Source: Nitrospirota bacterium (GTDB taxonomy: Bacteria; Nitrospirota; Thermodesulfovibrionia; Thermodesulfovibrionales; JdFR-86). Taken from it: a DNA stretch of 64,000 bases. Positions 9,054 to 18,621 of this stretch are shown here, one piece after another (the first letter of the stretch is position 1; the number at the start of each line of letters is the position of its first letter). The notes under the pieces were generated by a model. It saw only the letters and a list, made by a program, of their open reading frames with translations. It did not search any database and was not told the origin of the DNA. The translations under genes were made by a program, and so were the position numbers. The stretch lies in NCBI GenBank assembly GCA_963721805.1, contig CAVRJY010000004.1, forward strand, positions 192,001-256,000, given 5' to 3'.

Positions 9054-10316
9054 CTATCCCGGATACCGCGCGGCTATGGCGCGTATCGCGTCTATGTTCT
9101 CAAAGAAAGCCTCGATCATCTCGGGGTCGAAATGCGTACCCGCGTCCGCGCGCATCGTCTCAAGCACCCTCTCGATATCCCACGGCTCCTTGTACGCGCG
9201 GCGCGAGCTCAGGGCGTCAAAGACGTCCGCTATCGTCACGACGCGGCCGAAGGGGTGTATTTCCTCGGCGCGCTTGCGGCGCGCCTTGCCGTCGGCGTCC
9301 GCATAGCCCTCCATGGGGCTCCCGTCGCCGATATTGACGTAACCCGGATACCCGGTCCCGTCCCATTTCTCGTGGTGCTCGAGGGCCACGATGATCGAGG
9401 CCTCGTCGTATTCCGAATACATCTCCCCGAACAGGCAAGCGCCCATGCGCGAGTGCTGCTGCATGACGGCCGTCTCCTCGGGGTCGAGGCGGCCGGGCTT
9501 TTTGAGCACTACGTCCGGGATTGCGATCTTGCCTACGTCGTGCAGCATCGCGGCCATGCGCAGCATGTCGCGGTGGTGCTGGATCTGGTCTTCGGGGATG
9601 CCGCGCCTGCGGGCCCAGGTCTCGTAGATCTCGACCGCGTAGGCGGCCACGCGGTTGACGTGCGCCCCGGTCTCCTTCGGGTCGCGGAGCGCCGACATGT
9701 TAATCATGCGCATTATCATCGCGCGGGTCATCTGCGCGCGCTCGATCGCGGTAGCCGCGAAATGAGCCATGTGCATGACCAGGGGCTCGTCCTCCGCCCT
9801 GAAGACCGTGTCCCTGCCTCCGGGGCCGGTGGCGTTAATCAGCTGCAGGACGCCGACGATCCCCCCGCGCGTGTTTTTCAGCGGCACCGTGAGCATCGAG
9901 CGCGTGCGGTATCCGGCGGCCACGTCATAGTGCCTGCGAAAGTGGTACGGCACGCCGGGCGGCAGTTCGTAGGCGTCCGGGATGTTGAGGATCTCCCCGG
10001 AGATCGCAACGTACCCGGCGATGCTCTGGTCGCTGATCTGGATCGTGAAGGTCGAGTACGGCAGCTTCCTGCCGGGGGGCAGCGCGGCCTGCAGCGTTGC
10101 GTTTTGCGTGTTGCTGAACTTTAGGGCGTTTTCCTCCCGGATGTAAATCGATCCGGCGTCGGCGCCCACGAAGGCCCGCGCCTCCGATAGCACGAGTTCG
10201 AGCAGCATGTCGAGGTCCTTTATCCGACCGAGCTCCTGCGAGAGCTCGATGAGCCTCTCGTAGCGCTCCTCCTGGATGGGGCCGTGCCCGGCCGCTGACG
10301 CGCACTCCGTTTGCAT
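9054..10316 (-). CDS. GAF plus HD-GYP cyclic-di-GMP phosphodiesterase
   Basis: GAF motif GYRTRSMLTVPL...GVLQLIN; LHDVGK; HHEKWDGTGYP; ADVFDAL; RAYK. Confidence 0.92.
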   Translation of the reverse strand: MQTECASAAGHGPIQEERYERLIELSQELGRIKDLDMLLELVLSEARAFVGADAGSIYIREENALKFSNTQNATLQAALPPGRKLPYSTFTIQISDQSIAGYVAISGEILNIPDAYELPPGVPYHFRRHYDVAAGYRTRSMLTVPLKNTRGGIVGVLQLINATGPGGRDTVFRAEDEPLVMHMAHFAATAIERAQMTRAMIMRMINMSALRDPKETGAHVNRVAAYAVEIYETWARRRGIPEDQIQHHRDMLRMAAMLHDVGKIAIPDVVLKKPGRLDPEETAVMQQHSRMGACLFGEMYSEYDEASIIVALEHHEKWDGTGYPGYVNIGDGSPMEGYADADGKARRKRAEEIHPFGRVVTIADVFDALSSRRAYKEPWDIERVLETMRADAGTHFDPEMIEAFFENIDAIRAIAARYPG

Positions 10317-10328
10317 CTCATTAATCTA

Positions 10329-11189
10329 TCAGAGCTGCCGTGGAAGGTCAACCGCGGCCGCCGTTTGAGTGGCACAGGTCCACAGCCCCTCGCGGCCCGC
10401 AAACACGGCCTCGGCCGCGCGCGCGGCCGCCTCGGTGCCGAAGACTCCAAAGATGGTCGAGCCGCTGCCGCTCATGGCGCTGAACATGGCCCCTGCCTCG
10501 AGCAGCTCGGCCTTCAGGGCGCGCAGCTCGGGATGCAGGGCGAAGACCGGCGCTTCGAGGTCGTTGCGCAGGGCCCTGCGCATCTCGGCCGGGTCGTCGC
10601 CCTCTATCGCCTTGATCAGCTCGAGCGCGTCGTCGTGCGGCTCTGAGTAGCCCTTCACTCCCTTATATGCAATACCGCTGGAAACGCCTGTGTTTGGTTT
10701 TAGGAGCAGCAGGTGCCTTGCCCTCCAAAGCGGCATCGAGGTGAGCCTCTCGCCCCTGCCCTCGGCGAGAGCGCAGGGCGAGCCCAGGAAGAACGGGACG
10801 TCCGAGCCGAGCCGGGCCGCAAGCGGCGCAAGCCCGCCGCACGGCAGGTCCCATAGCTTTGCGAGCCCCGCAAGCGCGGCCGCGGCGTCCGCGCTCCCGC
10901 CCCCGAGCCCCGCGGCAAGCGGAATGCGCTTAAGCAGGGTGATCCGCGCGCCGCCCCTTACGCCGGCGTGCTCCCTCAGCAGCACGGCCGCGCGGTATAC
11001 GAGGTTCTCTTCCGTCGGGATCGGGGCTTTGGTTACCAGCTCGATATCTTGCGCGGCGCGCTCGATGCGCAGGTCGTCGTGGAGGTCTATGAGGCTCATG
11101 AGGCTCTGTATCTCGTGGAACCCGTCGTCGCGCAGCCCCAGCACCCGCAGCGACCAGTTGATCTTGGCGTTGGCGCGGAGCGTGATCAT
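10329..11189 (-). CDS. ispE: 4-diphosphocytidyl-2C-methyl-D-erythritol kinase
   Basis: AKINWSL, KRIPLAAGLGGGSADAA, LGSDVPFF, NDLE, MSGSGS. Confidence 0.96.
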   Translation of the reverse strand: MITLRANAKINWSLRVLGLRDDGFHEIQSLMSLIDLHDDLRIERAAQDIELVTKAPIPTEENLVYRAAVLLREHAGVRGGARITLLKRIPLAAGLGGGSADAAAALAGLAKLWDLPCGGLAPLAARLGSDVPFFLGSPCALAEGRGERLTSMPLWRARHLLLLKPNTGVSSGIAYKGVKGYSEPHDDALELIKAIEGDDPAEMRRALRNDLEAPVFALHPELRALKAELLEAGAMFSAMSGSGSTIFGVFGTEAAARAAEAVFAGREGLWTCATQTAAAVDLPRQL

Positions 11190-11202
11190 CAGCGGGCCGT
11201 CA

Positions 11203-12915
11203 TCACTGCTTCGATTTCAGCAGGGCGTCGATCTTGCCCTGCACGCGCGCGGTCACGTTGCTTTCTTCGTCGTCGTATTTGATGGCCGATCTCCAGGCCG
11301 AGAGAGCGGCTTCGCGGTCGCCGAGGGCGTTCTCTATGTCGCCCAGGTGCTCGTACAGCACCGGGTCGTTGTTCGTGATCGCGACCGCGCGCTTGAGCTC
11401 GACGAGGGCCTCGTCGAGCCGCCCGAGCCTGAAATAGACCCAGCCCAGGCTGTCGATGAAATACGCGCTGTCGGGCCTCTGGGCAAGGGCGCGCTTGACG
11501 AGCGAGAGCGCCTCGTCGAGGTTGACCCCCTTGTCGGCGTATGAATAGCCTAGGTAGTTAAGCGCGTCCGCGTGGCCGGGCTCTATCGAGATGACCTTCC
11601 TGAGGTCCGCGACCATGTCGTCGAACCGCCCGGTCTTCTCGGCCACCACGGCGCGGCTGAAGTACAGGTCCGCGTCATCGGGCGCGAGCTTAAGCCCCTT
11701 CTCTATGACATCCGAGGCGGCCTTATAGTCCTTCTTCTGGATATAGACGCGCGCAAGGTTGTCGTACGTATCGGGCCGCGACGCGTCGCGCTTCAGCTCC
11801 GAGAGGAAGACCTCTACCGCCTTGTCGTAACGCTTGAGGTGCATATAAATGAAGCCGAGGTGGTCGTAAGGGACGAGGCTGTCCGGGCCGGTGTCTATCG
11901 CCTTTTGCAGCGACACTATCGCATCGTCGTATTTCTCGCGGCGCTCCAGCGTGACGCCCAGATAGGTAAGCGCGGTGGCGTCCTCGGGCTCCGAGGCGAG
12001 AATGCCCCGAAACTCGGCCTCGGCCTCGGCGAGCTTGCCGGTCTCCAGGTACACCAGCCCGAGCTTCTTGGATATGTTCAGGTTCGAGGGTACGCGGGCC
12101 GCGAGCTTCTTGAGCGCCGCTATCGCGGCATCGTAGGAGCCCTTCTTGATATAGAGCTGCGAGAGGCGGTCCAGCGCGGTGAGGTCGTCGTCCGTGGCCT
12201 CGATGATCTTGTTGTATATGGCCTCGGCGTCGCCGGTCTTGCCTTCGGTCTCGTCGAGCGCGGCGAGGTCGAGCATGGCCTGGTAGTTATCGGGCTTGAG
12301 CTCTATCGAGCGCTCGATATACTTGCGCGCTTCCTTGTAGTCCTTGGTGGTCATCGCGATCACGCCCAGGTAATAGACCGCGGTGGAGTTGTTCGGGTCG
12401 CGCCCAAGGAGCGTCCTTAAGGTGTCGGAGGCGTCCTTGAGGTCGCCGTCGGCCGCGAGCAGCACCGCGAGGTGTATGTATGCCGCGCTCTCGGCCGGGG
12501 CGGCCTTGATCGCGTCGCGGTAGCTCTGTACCGCGCTCTTGTGGTCGCCCTTCTGGACGTATATGCGCGCCATATCGAAGTAGGGCTCGGGGTCCGAGGG
12601 GTTAAGCGCGGCGGCCTTGCGCGCAGTGGAGATCGCATCGTCGGTGCGGCCCAGCTTATCGTAGACCCCGCTGAGCTCCATCATGAGGAAGGCGGAGTCC
12701 GGGTCGAGTGCGAGCGCTGCCTCGTAACCCTTGAGCGCGTCATCGAGGCGGCCGGTTATCTCGGCCTGATATCCCAGGATGTAGTCATAATATGCGCCGG
12801 GCGGCGGGAGCTGCGGCTCAGGCCTGCCGGCCTCGGTGATCTGGCCGCCGGTTGCGCAGGCGGTGAGGGCAAGGGGAATCAGAAGCGCGAAGAGCAGGTG
12901 GCGTATTATCTTCAT
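11203..12915 (-). CDS. TPR-repeat lipoprotein
   Basis: Lipobox LTAC after MKIIRHLL.... Many TPRs. ALNYLGYSYAD...DSLGWVYF...EHLGD. Typical ispE-adjacent position. Confidence 0.88.
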   Translation of the reverse strand: MKIIRHLLFALLIPLALTACATGGQITEAGRPEPQLPPPGAYYDYILGYQAEITGRLDDALKGYEAALALDPDSAFLMMELSGVYDKLGRTDDAISTARKAAALNPSDPEPYFDMARIYVQKGDHKSAVQSYRDAIKAAPAESAAYIHLAVLLAADGDLKDASDTLRTLLGRDPNNSTAVYYLGVIAMTTKDYKEARKYIERSIELKPDNYQAMLDLAALDETEGKTGDAEAIYNKIIEATDDDLTALDRLSQLYIKKGSYDAAIAALKKLAARVPSNLNISKKLGLVYLETGKLAEAEAEFRGILASEPEDATALTYLGVTLERREKYDDAIVSLQKAIDTGPDSLVPYDHLGFIYMHLKRYDKAVEVFLSELKRDASRPDTYDNLARVYIQKKDYKAASDVIEKGLKLAPDDADLYFSRAVVAEKTGRFDDMVADLRKVISIEPGHADALNYLGYSYADKGVNLDEALSLVKRALAQRPDSAYFIDSLGWVYFRLGRLDEALVELKRAVAITNNDPVLYEHLGDIENALGDREAALSAWRSAIKYDDEESNVTARVQGKIDALLKSKQ

Positions 12916-12950
12916 AATATCCCCATTATCGCACGAACTCCGAGAGGTGG

Positions 12951-13676
12951 TCAAACCGGCCTGGCCGGTCTCCTCGCGCCGGAGATCAGGTTGAGCGTCT
13001 CGACCAGCCCCGAGAAGCCCATCGCGAAATATATGTAGCCCTTGGGGATATGATACTGCATGCCCTCGGCCACCAGCGTCACGCCGACCATCATAAGGAA
13101 GCTCAGGGCCAGCATCTTGACCGACGGGTGGCGGTGGATGAAGCGGCTGATAGCCCCCGAGGCGGCGAGCATTATCAGGAGCGCTATGACCACTGCCGCG
13201 GCCATCACGCCGAGCATCTGCGCCATCCCGATGGCCGTTATCACCGAATCGAGCGAAAACACGATATCGAGGAGCACTATCTGGGCCACGACCGGGGCGA
13301 ACGCCGCGCGGCCCCGGGCAGCCGCGGCGCCAGGGCCGGAGGCCTCGTCCATCGCGGCGTGGACCTCGCGCGTGGACTTTACTATCAAAAACAGCCCGCC
13401 TGAGAGCATTATCAGATCGCGCGCCGAGACCCCGCGGCCCAGCGCGGTGAACAGCGGCGCGGTCAGCCCCGCAAGCCAGACGAGGGCGAACAGCAGCAGC
13501 AGGCGGGTCACGAGCGCGAGGGAGAGCCCCACCGTGCGCGCCCGGCCCTGCTCGCGCTCGTGGAGCCGCCCGCTCAGGATCGAGATGACGACTATGTTGT
13601 CGATGCCGAGTATGATCTCAAGCGCGGTGAGCGTTGCGAGGCTGATCCATATCTGCGCGTCTCCAACCCAGCCCAT
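12951..13676 (-). CDS. TerC-family membrane protein
   Basis: LEIILGIDN, DIVFSLDSVITAIGM, IPKGYIYFAMGFS. Confidence 0.93.
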   Translation of the reverse strand: MGWVGDAQIWISLATLTALEIILGIDNIVVISILSGRLHEREQGRARTVGLSLALVTRLLLLFALVWLAGLTAPLFTALGRGVSARDLIMLSGGLFLIVKSTREVHAAMDEASGPGAAAARGRAAFAPVVAQIVLLDIVFSLDSVITAIGMAQMLGVMAAAVVIALLIMLAASGAISRFIHRHPSVKMLALSFLMMVGVTLVAEGMQYHIPKGYIYFAMGFSGLVETLNLISGARRPARPV

Positions 13677-13735
13677 AACCGCCCTCCCTTAATGGCGCGA
13701 TCTCTCCGGCAAATCAGTATTGTAGATGTTTTCAT

Positions 13736-13784
13736 AAAAAAACGCTGCGGCCGTACGCCCTCTCGGGGATATCGTGCCGCAGCG
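13736..13784 (-). terminator. Intrinsic terminator after the Cys-rich peptide gene
   Basis: cgctgcggc/gccgcagcg stem followed by a U-tract on the minus strand. Confidence 0.65.
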
Positions 13785-13810
13785 GTTTGCGTTGATGCGG
13801 AGCCAGGCTT

Positions 13811-13873
13811 TTAGCAGGAGCCCTTGCACTTGCAAGTGGTCGAGCACTTCTTCTCGGATTTCTTGATTGTCAC
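13811..13873 (-). CDS. Unannotated 20-aa Cys-rich peptide MTIKKSEKKCSTTCKCKGSC; putative radical SAM-modified RiPP precursor
   Basis: AAGGAGGTG SD at 13881-13889. GTG start overlaps the rSAM stop (GTGA). TAA stop, then terminator. Confidence 0.7.
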   Translation of the reverse strand: MTIKKSEKKCSTTCKCKGSC

Positions 13874-15033
13874 AGCGCTACACCTCCTTCCGGCAAGTGG
13901 TCTTTCCTAATTTTATCATAGTATGCGCATTTGTAAAGGTCAGGCCCAAACGGCGTTGCGGCGCGGAATCTGCACCCTCCCCGGCAGTCCTCGAGGAACT
14001 CGCAGCCGCACTCAAGGGACTCCAGCCTGAGCTCCGGAAGCCGCGCCCATGCCGCGCCAAGCCCCTCGTCTATCCCGCCTAGCGGCTCGGAGGAATAAAA
14101 CAGGCACTTCGCGCACTTGCCCGAGGCCGAGACTGACATCAGGTGCCGTCCGCAGCCGTACCGGCCCTCGTCGCCCCCGCCGTGAAGACCCGCGCCAAAG
14201 CCGTATCCGAAATACGGCCCTGCCTCCTGCGGGCTCAGGCTGAGCTCCGGGTGCAGGGCGAGCGCGCCCCGGACGACCGGCACGTCCACGGTCCAGTCCC
14301 TTATGCCCATCGACACGAACAGCTTGTCCATCGCATCGAAGTCCCCGAGGTTGCCCCTGTGCACCATGGTCGAGACCGAGACCTGCATCCCCAGCTCGAG
14401 CGCCTCGCGTACGGCATGCATCGCCTTGTCGTACGAGCCCGCGCCGCGCAGCGAGTCGTGGGCCCTGCCCATCCCGTCTATGCTCACCTGGAGTCTCGTG
14501 CGCGTTAAGCAGGCTCAGGCGCTTGCGGTCACAGAGCGTGCCGTTCGTAAACAGCACGAAGCGCAGGCCGAACTCCGGCAGCATGCGGTTGATCTCGTCA
14601 AAGTGGGGGTGCATCAGGGGCTCTCCGCCGGTGAGCATCACGCGCAGGCCCTGCATCCGCTCGAACTCCGCGAGCACGCGGCGTATGCGCCCGGGCGCAA
14701 GGTCGGTCCGCCCCCCTGGCCCAGATAGCAATGTCCGCAGCGCAGGTTGCAGCGGTCCGTCAGCTGGAGTTCCAGATACCGCAGAGAGGGCGCTGGGGAC
14801 TGCGCTACCGGCGGGTGCGGGCCGCGCGGGCCGGCCGGGGTGAGGATGCCCTCCCCGACGCAGTACCGCGTGAACTCCTCGTCCGGGAACTCCGCCCCAT
14901 CGGGGCCGGCCGCGGCTATAAGCGCGCTTGCGCCCTCGTCGTCGAGTTCGAAGAGCTCGTCGGACTCGATGTGGTAGACCGACGGGGCCTCCAGCCTCTT
15001 TATCGCGGCCTCGCTCGAGAGATAGTGCCTCAT
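13870..15033 (-). CDS. Radical SAM/SPASM-domain protein with N-terminal extension, interrupted by two compensating frameshifts
   Basis: CNLRCGHC, TGGEP, TNGT, SIDG...HDSLRG motifs. SPASM-like C...GKCAKC...CGCEFLEDCRGGC...C. Shifts at ~14711 (G run) and ~14493. Start and stop are in the same frame (387 aa if restored). Confidence 0.85.
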
Positions 15034-15127
15034 CGCTTAATTATATCCCACTTTAGCCGCGGGTCAAGATGGACTGGCCGATGAATTGGTGGTAAGCTTA
15101 AACCGATACCCTTGCGCTGAGAAACCC

Positions 15128-17131
15128 ATGGATATGGATAAGGTTTTTTTTAAACAATGGATGCTTCTTGTCTCCGTGCTCGGGCTGTTCGGCGCGGGGC
15201 TCGGCATTGACCTCTATTCGGACCATAGCCGGCTCGACAGGGTCGAGCTCGACCGGCTCGGGGTTCAGGCCAGGGTGGTCGGAGAGAACCTCGACCGCCA
15301 GCTGGTCGCGACGTATGATTCGCTCAAGGATATAGTGCAGGACATCCCGGCGTGGAGGCAGCCTGACGGCAGCTATTCAGCCAGGGCCAACCGAAGGCTC
15401 GATGAGATAAACGACGCCATACCCGGCATCAGGTCGCTGCTCATACTCGACCGCGACGGCATAGTGCGCGCGTCGAACCGGCCCGAGCTGATAGGCCGGG
15501 ACTTCAGCCGGAGGGCTTACTTCAAGGTCCCGATGCGCGGAAATGCCCCCGGCATGCTCTATCTGACCCCGCCGTTTTATTCCGTGCTCGGGACATACGT
15601 GATGAACCTCTCCCGCGCGCTTCAGGACCCGGAGGGCGAATTCGACGGCGTGCTCACGGCCTCGCTCGACCCGGAGTACTTCACTACCCTGCTTCAGTCT
15701 GTGCGGTACGCGCTGGACATGCGGGTATATATCGCGCACAGCGAGGGCCAGCTCTTTACCATGGTGCCGGTGCAGGACGGGCAGGCCGGAAGGAACCTCA
15801 ACAGGCCGGGCTCGCTCTTTAACCGCCACATCGAAAGCGGGAGGCTGGAGAACATCCTCACAGGCAGGGCGCAGATCACCGGCGGGGTGAGGATCGCCGC
15901 GCTCCGGACGGTCAACCCCACGGCCGCGCATATGGACAAGGGCATGGTCGTCTCGGTCAGCCGCGACCCTCACGCCATATTCGAGGGCTGGCGGCTGGAC
16001 CTCGCCGTGCGCACCTTCGCCTATCTCGTGATCTCCTCTATCGCGGTGTTCTGGCTCAGGGTCTACCAGCGCGGCGTCCGCGTCACGGCAATCGAGGCCG
16101 CCGCCTCGCTCGATGCGCTCAAGGAGAGCGAGGCCCGCTTCAGGAGCCTGTTTGAGAGGGTCAACGTGATCTCGATGCTCATCGACCCCGAGGACGGCTG
16201 CATAGTCGACGCCAACCCCACGGCCGAGGCGTATTACGGCTGGCCGCGCGCCGAACTCGTCCGAAAGTCGATATTCGATCTCAGCTCGGTCCTGCCCGAG
16301 GAGGTACGCCAGAGGATGCAGCAGGTCCTAAACGGGCAGTTGAGCTACATCGTCTCGGGCCACAGGAGGGCCGACGGCAGCGTCCGCGACGTGGAGCTGT
16401 ATTCCGGGCCGGTACAGGTGCACGGAAAGACCCTGCTATATGCCATCGTCCACGACATCACCGAGCGCAGGCAGGCCGAGGAGGCGCTGAAGAAATCCCT
16501 CATGGAAAAGGAGATGCTCGTGCGAGAGAGCCACCACCGGGTCAAGAACAACCTGGTGGTCATACAGAGCCTCCTGAAGCTCCAGGCCGCCCAGACCGGG
16601 GACTCGGCGGCCAGGGCGGTCCTGACCGAGAGCCAGGACCGCGTCAGGGCGATGGGGATGATCCACGAACAGCTGTACCGGTCGCGGGACCTCTCGACGG
16701 TCAACTTCGCCGAATACCTCAGAAACCTCGTCAGCCAGATATACCAAAGCTTCAGGGCCGGGGGCTCAAGCGTCAAGCTCCGCATGGAGATCCCGGAGAT
16801 AACGCTCGACGTCGACACGGTGATCCCCTGCGGGCTCATCGTCAACGAGCTCGTGACGAACGCGCTTAAATACGCCTTCCCCGACGAACGCCCCGGAGAG
16901 CTTTACGTCGGCATCGAGGACGCGCCGGAAGGCGGCTACGTCCTGGTCGTCAGGGACAACGGCGTGGGGATGCCCGGCGGCATCGACATAAATAACACGA
17001 AGACCCTCGGGATGCGGATAGTCACGATGCTCTCGCAGCAGATCGGGCGCGAGGCCGGGCTCAGGACCGGCGGCGGCACCGAGTTCCGCATATACCTGCC
17101 TCCCAGGGGCGAGGGACAGCCTCCGGCATAA
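15128..17131 (+). CDS. Membrane sensor histidine kinase (Cache, PAS, HisKA_2/HWE-type)
   Basis: TM-Cache-TM layout, PAS, ESHHRVKNNL, NELVTNALKYAF, DNGVG, TLGM. Confidence 0.9.
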   Translation: MDMDKVFFKQWMLLVSVLGLFGAGLGIDLYSDHSRLDRVELDRLGVQARVVGENLDRQLVATYDSLKDIVQDIPAWRQPDGSYSARANRRLDEINDAIPGIRSLLILDRDGIVRASNRPELIGRDFSRRAYFKVPMRGNAPGMLYLTPPFYSVLGTYVMNLSRALQDPEGEFDGVLTASLDPEYFTTLLQSVRYALDMRVYIAHSEGQLFTMVPVQDGQAGRNLNRPGSLFNRHIESGRLENILTGRAQITGGVRIAALRTVNPTAAHMDKGMVVSVSRDPHAIFEGWRLDLAVRTFAYLVISSIAVFWLRVYQRGVRVTAIEAAASLDALKESEARFRSLFERVNVISMLIDPEDGCIVDANPTAEAYYGWPRAELVRKSIFDLSSVLPEEVRQRMQQVLNGQLSYIVSGHRRADGSVRDVELYSGPVQVHGKTLLYAIVHDITERRQAEEALKKSLMEKEMLVRESHHRVKNNLVVIQSLLKLQAAQTGDSAARAVLTESQDRVRAMGMIHEQLYRSRDLSTVNFAEYLRNLVSQIYQSFRAGGSSVKLRMEIPEITLDVDTVIPCGLIVNELVTNALKYAFPDERPGELYVGIEDAPEGGYVLVVRDNGVGMPGGIDINNTKTLGMRIVTMLSQQIGREAGLRTGGGTEFRIYLPPRGEGQPPA

Positions 17132-17180
17132 GGCCGCCCCCTTCACGTTTTCTTTACATTCCACCTGTAAAATATATGCC

Positions 17181-17462
17181 ATGCGAATAAGATTTTCCAC
17201 ATCCATGCCGCCAGAGGAGCTTCACTCGCTTATAAAGGCCGAGGCCGAGTGCCGCGGCCTAGCCTTCAGGGGAGACGCCTACGCCGGCACCCTTGACGTG
17301 ATGGGCGTGAGGCTGCGTTATTCATACAGGGAGAGGTCGGTTGAGGTGATAGTGCTCAAAAAACCGTTTTATGTCCCGGCCTCGGCCATCAAGCGAGAGA
17401 TGATAAAATTCTACTCTTACCTGCGGGCAAGGGGCGCGGCGCTCAGGGAGTTGAAGGCGTGA
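17181..17462 (+). CDS. Hypothetical protein
   Basis: 93-aa ORF coupled (GTGA) to the next gene. TAAAAT 7 nt upstream of the start. Confidence 0.6.
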   Translation: MRIRFSTSMPPEELHSLIKAEAECRGLAFRGDAYAGTLDVMGVRLRYSYRERSVEVIVLKKPFYVPASAIKREMIKFYSYLRARGAALRELKA

Positions 17463-18187
17463 GGCGCCGCGCCGCGCTGCTCATGGCCGCGCTGTGCCTT
17501 GGCCTGTTATGCCCCGCGACGTCCCATGCCCAAGACGAGGCCGGCCGCGTCATCCAGCGGGCCCGCGCTGCATACGCAAATATCGGCGACTACACGTGCA
17601 GCTTCAGCAAGAAGGAGTCCGTAAAAGGGGAGTTCTCCGTGGAGGAGCGCAATATCTTCCTTAAATACAAAAAAGGCCCTAACATCTACATGATGTGGAC
17701 CGAGGGCGATATGCGCGGCACCGAGGCCATATACCCCGACATCGCAAATGCGAGCGACAAGGTCGTCGTACATGGCGGCGGGCTGCTGCCGGCCGTAACG
17801 CTGAGGCTCGACCCCTCCGGCGACATGGCGATGAACCGGAGCCGCCACCCGATAACCGAGGTCGGCATCGGGTATCTGATAGACCAGATAGACCGCAACT
17901 ACCGGCTCTCGAAGACCACTAAAGAAGGCAGCGTCACATGCCAGGGCACCGAGCTCGTAGAGGGCCGCAGGGCCACTCACCTGAAGGCTCGCTTCCCTGA
18001 AAATTCCTCGTTCTACGGCCCGGATATAGACGTCTACTTCGACGAGGCCAGCTCATTGCCCGTTTTGATGCAGCTCCGGGATGCCTCCGGCGAGATCGTA
18101 GAGGAATATGCATACAAAGACATCCGCATAAACGTTGGGCTTGCCAGGACGGACTTCGATCCCGGGAACCCTCAATACAGATACTGA
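17459..18187 (+). CDS. Exported DUF1571 / LolA-like protein
   Basis: Signal peptide. DYTCSFSKKE, SRHPITEVGIG, EEYAYKDIRINVGL..DFDPGNPQY. Confidence 0.8.
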   Translation: MRRRAALLMAALCLGLLCPATSHAQDEAGRVIQRARAAYANIGDYTCSFSKKESVKGEFSVEERNIFLKYKKGPNIYMMWTEGDMRGTEAIYPDIANASDKVVVHGGGLLPAVTLRLDPSGDMAMNRSRHPITEVGIGYLIDQIDRNYRLSKTTKEGSVTCQGTELVEGRRATHLKARFPENSSFYGPDIDVYFDEASSLPVLMQLRDASGEIVEEYAYKDIRINVGLARTDFDPGNPQYRY

Positions 18188-18212
18188 GCACCGCGGGCAT
18201 TTTGATTTTATT

Positions 18213-18269
18213 TGGTGCCGGTGGTGGGAGTCGAACCCACACATGGTTGCCCATAGCGGATTTTGAGTC
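18213..18269 (-). repeat. att site: 57-bp direct repeat of the 3' part of tRNA-Leu
   Basis: Identical to 33112-33168, running from CCA through the anticodon loop. The tRNA 5' part is missing. Confidence 0.93.
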
Positions 18270-18621
18270 GCTTCAATAGAGTTTTTAGATGTACCGTGAA
18301 GCCCCTGATTATTAAAGATAATATCATTACCAATTATTATGCCAAGACTGACAGAGGGCCTAGGGGCTAACCATCAGTAGTTCCTGCTGGGCCAGAAACA
18401 TAGGCCGGCCCAGCGTTTGGACAGTTTTGGGGCCGAATTAGGTGCACAAAACAAGGAAGGGATCACCAGTTTTGGCGGACAGGGCGTCCTCCTTGCCGCA
18501 TATTCCACCCCTCTATTGAACCACTTTTTGTCTCACATGTTTCTGAACGAGTTCAGAGCCAAAAAGGAGGCCCTTAGCGAATGCCCATTCCCGTTGCCGC
18601 CTTGTCGTATCGTTTTTTGTT

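Noticed and set aside
8283..10124. Long antisense or alternate-frame ORFs (also 4133-5488, 36563-38008, 38406-39449, 42352-43503)
   Set aside because: Shadows of well-supported genes, expected at high GC; no motifs.
14490..14716. Programmed frameshifting in the radical SAM gene
   Set aside because: Would need two opposite shifts; no slippery heptamer; similar indels occur in unrelated genes.
18213..18269. Second tRNA-Leu gene
   Set aside because: Lacks the 5' acceptor strand, D arm and 5' anticodon stem; it is an att duplication.
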